Source: Eledone cirrhosa (Eukaryota). From it: a stretch of DNA of 64,000 bases. This document shows, one piece after another, positions 56,578 through 64,000 of the stretch. The stretch lies in the NCBI GenBank assembly GCA_964016885.1, contig OZ024740.1:323826001-323890000 (forward strand), in the 5' to 3' direction. The translations under genes were made by a program, and so were the position numbers. Under the pieces are notes generated by a model. That model was not told the DNA's origin. It saw only the letters and a program-made list of their open reading frames with translations, and searched no databases. Each line of letters opens with the position of its first letter. Within the stretch, counting starts at the first letter, position 1.

Positions 56578-56878
56578 TTGTCCGTTTGTAAACAAACTGA
56601 CAGCCTGAATTAATGCCGTACGGTGTTAAGGCAACCACGTCACCTTTTTGTTCAACACTGACATGCAAATTAGGCTGCTCAGCCGTTAATTTTCATAAGG
56701 AAAGTATATACTTTCGAACGTTCAACTATCTGGCAGATGGGTATACGGTGCTGATGATAGCTAACAAGCTTGAAACTAGTACATCGTTCCTGTGTCAGTG
56801 TTGAACAAAAAGGTGACGTGGTTGCCTTAACACCGTACGGCATAAATTCAGGCTGTCAGTTTGTTTACAAACGGACAA
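56578..56878. repeat. Inverted repeat (86-bp arms 56578-56663 / 56793-56878) enclosing an HHR
   Basis: Arms are reverse complements with about one mismatch. Confidence 0.9.
56745..56787 (+). ncRNA. Hammerhead ribozyme motif (best example), predicted cleavage after 56781
   Basis: ACGGTG CTGATGA T AGC TAACAA GCT T GAAA CTAG TA CATCGT: intact core, 6-bp stem I, palindromic stem III ACTAGT, GUA triplet. Confidence 0.8.
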
Positions 56879-57523
56879 GCGCACTCAACACACACACACA
56901 CACTTTCTCTACTTTTACTCACTCCCTCACCTCACACTCCACTCACCTCACACCTCACACTCCATCCAATCCCTCAAAACACACACACACTATATATATA
57001 TATATATATTATGGAATACTGTTGGCTTCTTGCTACAATCATTTCTATACTTTTTCATTTATATATATATATATATAGGGAGTGAGTATAAGTAGAGAGA
57101 TGTGTGTGTAGAGTGTGTGTGTGTTGTGTGTTGAGTTAGCAAAGGGTGTGTGCCTGTATGTTGAGTATGTGTGTGTGTGGGGGGGTTCTTGTCTTCTTAC
57201 AACATGATTAGGTGTCACAGTTTCATCTCAGAATTCAAAATATTTCAGATTCCTTTGTTTCCTCACTACATCTTGTTTTACTTTCAGATATCAAATTACA
57301 ATAAATATTCAAACTCCGAATAAAACCACTTCAACCTCACCCTTATTTCTAGAAGGATCAACAATGACCATTTGTCTGTATATATGGACACACAAGTCCT
57401 AATGAAATCATAGAGGTGTAGTCTTGACATGTGGTATGTTTTGGATATTTTAAACCCGGCTGAGCCCTTCACCCTTCCAGGTACGAACACTGCCGATTCT
57501 CCCAAAAGAAGGAGAGAGAGAGT

Positions 57524-57616
<93 letters not shown>

Positions 57617-58068
57617 AGAGAAAAGAAGTAAAAAGAAGTATGAGAAAGAACTGAACTCCATCATTGGACTGACACTGTTTTTTAACCATCTTGAAAAGAT
57701 GAAAGACAGCGTTGACATCGGCAATATTTGAATTGAGAGAGCGCAGAGAATCCAACTCGATGAATACAACAGACAATTCGCCGCCTATTATTTTGTCTAT
57801 CAACCTCCTAATTAAAAGGAAACAAAAAAAAAAAATACTGTCACGCACACACAGTCCCCCCCCCCACCCCCCACACACACACACAGAATAACAGGCAGAT
57901 ACACATTGTATTTGAGTATCTTGGACCAAAAACCAAACTTATGTAATTATTTTTTTCCGCATTTTATAAACTGACAGCTATGTTGTTTCCCACTGTTGGA
58001 TGTTAATTTGTGATAGCAATTATTCTATATTCACATTTTGGTAATTGGCTATATTCCCAGACAGTCAC

Positions 58069-58462
58069 ATGGTCACGAATCTTGCGAAAAAATACGATCG
58101 CGAATACAAGCTGCCGAAATGGGATTCCTCCGAAGGGTTTTTGGAGTAACGTTAATCGATAGATTACGTAGCTCAGAGATCAGAGAGTCACTCCTGGTAG
58201 AGCCACTACTTCTCCGAGTTTAGAGATCAAAGTTCCGATATTTCGGCCATGAGGTTAGAATGTCTCAGAAAAGAATCGTTGAACAGATTTTACGGTTAAA
58301 ATCTACCCAGGGGTAGACTCCCGAGCAAGATGGCTGGATAATATCCATGAGCTTGGCTGATCTCGCTTGGGGATCCAACCAAATCAGTTGGAAACGGTTG
58401 CTGCTGACAGGACCCGCTGGACGGAGTGTTTAAAGACTCTGCCCCCACGACCCTCTCAGGAA
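58069..58462 (+). mobile_element. Degenerate RTE-clade LINE 3' remnant (second family)
   Basis: GHESC..RSRIQAAEMGFLRRVFGVTLIDRLRSSEIRESLLVEPLLLR*..RYFGH..RM..; LGIQP..VAADRTRW..LPPRP. Confidence 0.75.
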
Positions 58463-59310
58463 TACGTGAGTGAAGAAAAAGAGAGCAGTCATATAATTTA
58501 CTACCCCGTCTCCTACATCCACGTCGACAAAACTCGGGAATGGAAAGGGCCCCGTCTGTTTTTCGCGATAATGAGTGATCCAGTTGTTTCATTAAAGGAA
58601 AAGCCTTTTCGTGAAATTAACCTGTAAGTGGCACAGACACGTGTACTTTTTAGAGTAATTCTCTGGAAGATTCAGCATAGCACAGAGTATGATATTGCTG
58701 CCCATTTGAATTATAAGTATAGTCCATCCTACAGGCTTCCTAACAGTTTCCGTCTACCCAATTTCACTCAAAAAGTAAGGGTCAATTTGAGATAATGGTA
58801 AGTATCAGACAGTTGGATCGAAACCGAGACTTAATGATTAGGAAGCAAACTTCTTACCCATTCGGCTATGCTGAGAGCACCCTCACTATAAGAAGACTAC
58901 AGTCTGTAACAAAGGTACCAGTGCTTATAGTTATTTCTCCATCTCCACAGTCAGGCAATTGTATTCACATCCATTCACATAATTTACTACACCACCCCGC
59001 CAACAATTCTTGTATATAATCCCCGACAAATGTCTCTAGAGTATATAGGAATGGCACCAAACGCCTACCAATATGTTACAAGCTGTTTATTAGTTGGCAG
59101 CTTCACAAAGACATCATGTAATTCGCTTTAACAAAACCTTAATCTCCTATTTAAGAAACTGAATTCAGACATCGGACATTCGATAAACCGACTACCCAGT
59201 AAATTAATGTGACGTTCATGTCGCACAAGGAACTCCTCTTTTCATAAAATCTGAATACATACCTACAAATACATACATATATGCACTGTTATAAACATAT
59301 GTACACACAA

Positions 59311-59357
<47 letters not shown>

Positions 59358-59426
59358 GCACATATTTTTATATATATTCACACATGCATGAATACAGGCA
59401 AAACACATGCATCTCTCTCTCTCTCT

Positions 59427-59474
<48 letters not shown>

Positions 59475-59617
59475 GTACATAGAAACACACACACATCTGT
59501 ATGCATGTGTGTATTGATACATATATTTGTCTATGTATACCTTTAAGCACAATTGTGCAGAGCTGTATCTGAATTTAATTAGTTATATAAGTAGGATTGC
59601 TGTGTGTGTGTCAATAA

Positions 59618-59684
<67 letters not shown>

Positions 59685-60062
59685 ATTATATAGAGAGAGA
59701 GGAGAGAGAAGTATCCACACAGAGACACACACACACAATCATAAAAATATATACCCACATATATACATACACACAAATACACATAGATACATGTATACCC
59801 AAACATACACACATCTTCGAACACATGACCTTAATTTGCCAGTTCTAGATTGTCTTTAAAAAAGGATAAAGAAAAGGAATAAGAAAGAAAAGAAAAAAGT
59901 TAAATGAATAAGAGAGAACGCTCAACAATTGGAAGAGGCAATTTCTAAAGACTTCCATTTACCAAAAACGGAATTGAATTTATCCTCAGACAATTGCAAG
60001 TCTCCGGAGTTCTTTCCTCTTTCACTTTCAACTATTTTAAGACAGAAACTGTTCACCTATAG

Positions 60063-60116
<54 letters not shown>

Positions 60117-60147
60117 GTGTGTGTGTGGCGGGCATATGGATGAAAAG

Positions 60148-60194
<47 letters not shown>

Positions 60195-60295
60195 GCAATC
60201 TTTTCATCCATATGCTCGCTACACAAACACACACACAAGGATATATATATAAATATATATGATTATAGGTGAATATATATATATATATATATATA

Positions 60296-60677
<382 letters not shown>

Positions 60678-61571
60678 TGAAGGTCAACCTTGCCACACAC
60701 TGTTCCATGTTGAACCTCTCTGAAAATTACAATAAGGATACACGTGTCTGTTGAATGTTTAACCTCCTTGTACGTGAATTTCACAACCAGACTGTTCCGT
60801 TGACTAAACAATTGGAACACTCTTCGTCGTAAGAGATGGAGGTCCGACATGAAACACTTTGAAATAGGATTAAAACTCTAAGTTGTTTTAGACAAGTTAG
60901 TACAATATAAGAATGACACAGTTGCATGTAAAACATGAGGGCGTCAACATCCTCCTCAAAATTTTTTTATTATCTTGAAAAAGGGGGTTTAATACTGAAA
61001 TATAGCAATATTGCGTAAAAGGGTAAACTGTTGTTTTGTTTCAGTCTCCATCAATATTCACACCTACAATTCTAACTTCCAACGTATTTGTTTTATAAAA
61101 CGAGATTAAAGAGAAAATAAATAGCAGGTGTTGACATGGTCGTGTGGTGAGGAAATTCATTTAGCAACTACCTGGTTTCAAGCTGTCCCTGCTATATCCC
61201 CGTGTTAAGCAAGGCCTTGTGAATGAAATTTAGAAGAAAGAAAACTGTTCGCAAGTCTGTCATGTGTGTGTATACGTGTAATTTGGCTGATCGACAAAAG
61301 GAAATCGATGAAATATGGTCCTGACATGCAACAAAAACGCTGGGGTTGATATGATCAATTAAGCATTTTAATTGCACAGACAGACACATACGCACACACA
61401 TATATATATATATATAAGTAAGATGTATGGTAGGTCGTATGTGAATCGCGATGATCACGTCTGACTTACCAAATATGTGACGGTAGCTAGTTAAGCTCTA
61501 TGCGTATACGCAGAGCAGAAATATTAGTGAAAAAGAACAAAGGAACTATTATGACATTATAACAAGTTTAT

Positions 61572-61618
61572 TGCCGACAGCCGTTTCGTCCGACCCCATG
61601 GTGGGACTTATCAAGGCA
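61572..61618 (-). ncRNA. Hammerhead ribozyme motif, U3-A8 variant
   Basis: tgcc TTGATAA GTCC CACCATGGGGTC GGAC GAAA CGGCTG TC ggca, then AATAAA. Upstream 61620-62460 looks like an eroded TE body. Confidence 0.7.
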
Positions 61619-62515
61619 TATAACATGTGATTGCAAGATCATTGTTTACATCAACGTATCACTCAAGGCTAGCAGTTTGAAATTGTTGTATACATCAGCA
61701 ACTCCGCTTGTATAGTTGGGTCAATATTCTAAGGGGGGCTCTTTTATATTAGTTGTCGGGGTCAGGGATTGAAGTTTAAAAATTAGACAAAAATATATAA
61801 TTTACGCATCAACATTAAACTAAAAGACTTGGGGTCCCGTAGAAGTACCTTAGAAAATCCCTCAATGAGTGCATAAAGCTTACAGGCTCCAATAAACCTA
61901 TTAGACTAGAAGAAAATTAAGAGGCTAATAAAATAAGAAAATAAAAATATAAAGTTTCCCTAAAAAATATATAAAGTTCCTATGAAATTTCTTCTAGAGA
62001 AAAAAAATTTTTTCCGAAAGAAAAAAACCTTCCCCCGAGATCACGTTTACAAAATTCAGAAAACTGAATTGAAAACTAGGTTGAAAGAAACTAATCAATT
62101 AGAGGTTAATTCAGAGAGCCTTCCATAAATCTCTCAGAAAAGGCCCCTTTAATATTTCCAATAGGAACTTCTTCCGAGAGACCCTTCGAAGAATTAAAAT
62201 TTTAGAGAGCCTTTAAGGATAAATATAAAAACGAATTGAGGAAAATTATACATTAAAAGTTAAAAATTAAAAATTACGGTATTTGGGATATCCGAGGAAT
62301 TTTCAAAGGGCTGCTTCAACAGATACAACTTAGGCATAATAGATACAATAATCTAAGCCATTTAAGTAATTTAATTAGGGAGCAATTCAAGGAGTTTATC
62401 AAGTTGGGCAAGATTAAAGAAAGTGGCAACTAAGAAAATACATAAGCAAAAAGACAATAATTATAAAATATATATATATATATATATATATAAACGACTA
62501 TATGCTCTGACTTAC

Positions 62516-62719
62516 CTCATCACATGCAGCACAACGCGGCTTCAACTGCTCCGCATGGTGGCGGCCACAGTATAGTTGACTGTCTTGGTAAAAGTATATG
62601 AGGTCGACTAGAAACTCATCACAGACGGAGCAGAGGAAACAGGCAGGATGCCAACAAGCATCTGGACCAGCTCTCGATGCAAACACCGCCATATCACTTC
62701 CTACAATTAATTTGCGGCA
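62516..62719 (-). CDS. prickle: Prickle-family LIM protein, internal exon (LIM1 and first residues of LIM2)
   Basis: Translates [68 protein letters not shown], the recognisable Prickle LIM1 sequence. Acceptor ttttttcag|TGC at 62720/62719 and donor GAG|gtaagt at 62516/62515; 204 nt, phase 0. Upstream exons (PET domain) are not visible in the window. Confidence 0.93.
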
Positions 62720-63572
62720 CTGAAAAAAATAAAAAAACAAAAAGAAAAATCAATAATTGTGATGGAAATATTTTTCAAAACAGCAAGTTCTTATTTTTAG
62801 GAATTCTCTATTCTAAACGTTTCTCTTCTGATATGTTATTCCCCTAGTTCTCTGATACAAATCATTTTATTTTCAAGTGTTTTTATTTATCTAAAGACCC
62901 GTCTATCGTACTTTTATGTAAGAACCTTTGTTAAGTTATGTTCCAAACACCAGTTTAATGATGAAAATGTTAGTTATATTACTAAAGCTTTCAAGACACT
63001 TCGTATGATTCTCAAAAATAATTGAAAATAGATAAGAATTTGGAAGGATTTAATATAACATTCATATTATTCCTATGGTGTTTCGGGTTTTTTTAAAATA
63101 AATATAAACACTTTAAAACAAACAGTTGTGTATCATAGAAACAGGTGCGGTTTCAGGAGGTTTGGTATCAAAATAGTTTAAAAATTCAAAACATCCCACT
63201 TCTCAAATATCTTGACACCAGACACATAAATATAGCTTCTTCAGTTCCCACGAGATTAGCTTAACAAATCGAAAGAAAGAAAGAAAATAACAAATTTTGT
63301 CTATCTCTCTCTCTTTCTCTTTCTCTCCCGGTTTTAAATTATTTATTTCTTACTGATTGCTGCCGAAACTGTCGGTAGATGTAATCTCTTTGCTGAACAA
63401 CAAATTAAAGATGACGGCAAGAGACTTAGTGTAAAACCAGACGACACACGATTTATACATGTTTTCATCAGACACTTACCATTTGTTATTCAACAACTGA
63501 ATACAAATACCTGACATATTTACATTAGTTTATCTCTCATATAAATTTAGTGTTAATAATAATAATAATAAG

Positions 63573-63891
63573 TGTTTCTACTTTTGGCACAAGGCCAGCA
63601 ATTACCCCAGTGAATTACTGGTACTTTATTTTATTGACCCCGTGAGGATGAAAGGCAAAGTTAAGCTCGGGGAATAATAATAATAATAAGAAGAAGAATA
63701 AATAATAATTGTTTCTATTTTTGGCACAAGGCCAACAATTAACCCAGTGCATTACTGGTACTTTATTTTATCGACCCTATAAGGATGAAAGGCAAAGTTA
63801 ACCTCGGCGGAATTTGAACTCAGAATGGAAAGGGCCGTAACTCTATGCGTCAAAGGTTGGTGCCCGACCTTCTACCGATACTGCCAATCCA
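63573..63891 (-). mobile_element. Two SINE copies (63573-63672 truncated; 63704-63891 near full length)
   Basis: Match the main family. Confidence 0.8.
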
Positions 63892-64000
63892 AGAAGAAGA
63901 AGAAGAAAAAGAAGAAGAAAAAGAAGAAGGCCATTGGCCGAAGGTGAGATTATGAAAGACAAGTTACAACATGAAGCTGGGGCTCTACCTAGAAATGAGG

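Noticed and set aside
57612-57830. Possible additional prickle exon in non-repetitive intronic sequence
   Set aside because: The flanking exons already join into a complete LIM2; no homology or convincing splice pair.

Overview
AT-rich eukaryotic genomic DNA saturated with microsatellites. The SINE/LINE/PLE repertoire and very high (TA)n/(CA)n/(GA)n density suggest an octopus-like cephalopod (inference). The only supportable host gene is a minus-strand prickle-family LIM gene. It has a 204-nt LIM1/start-of-LIM2 exon (62516-62719), a ~24.9-kb phase-0 intron, and a 1.64-kb terminal exon (35931-37571) encoding the rest of LIM2, LIM3, a polyQ/H tract and a CAAX end (CAIS). Most of the rest is repeats: tRNA-derived SINEs with TSDs, RTE, RLE-type and L1/Tx1-like LINE remnants, mariner remnants, a MITE, a non-autonomous Helitron, Penelope-like (PLE) fragments and minisatellites. 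The most interesting pattern is a set of unrelated short inserts between (TA)n or other dinucleotide runs. They carry minimal hammerhead ribozyme (HHR) motifs: CUGANGA, stem II, GAAA, an often palindromic stem III, then UH. They are repeatedly arranged as head-to-head inverted pairs with both 3' ends facing the flanking microsatellite. Two families show a compensatory U3-A8 core, and several share a GAGYRCT-like motif 40-60 nt from the (TA)n junction. Almost all ORF-track entries are microsatellite translation artefacts. All coordinates and pairings were read by eye.
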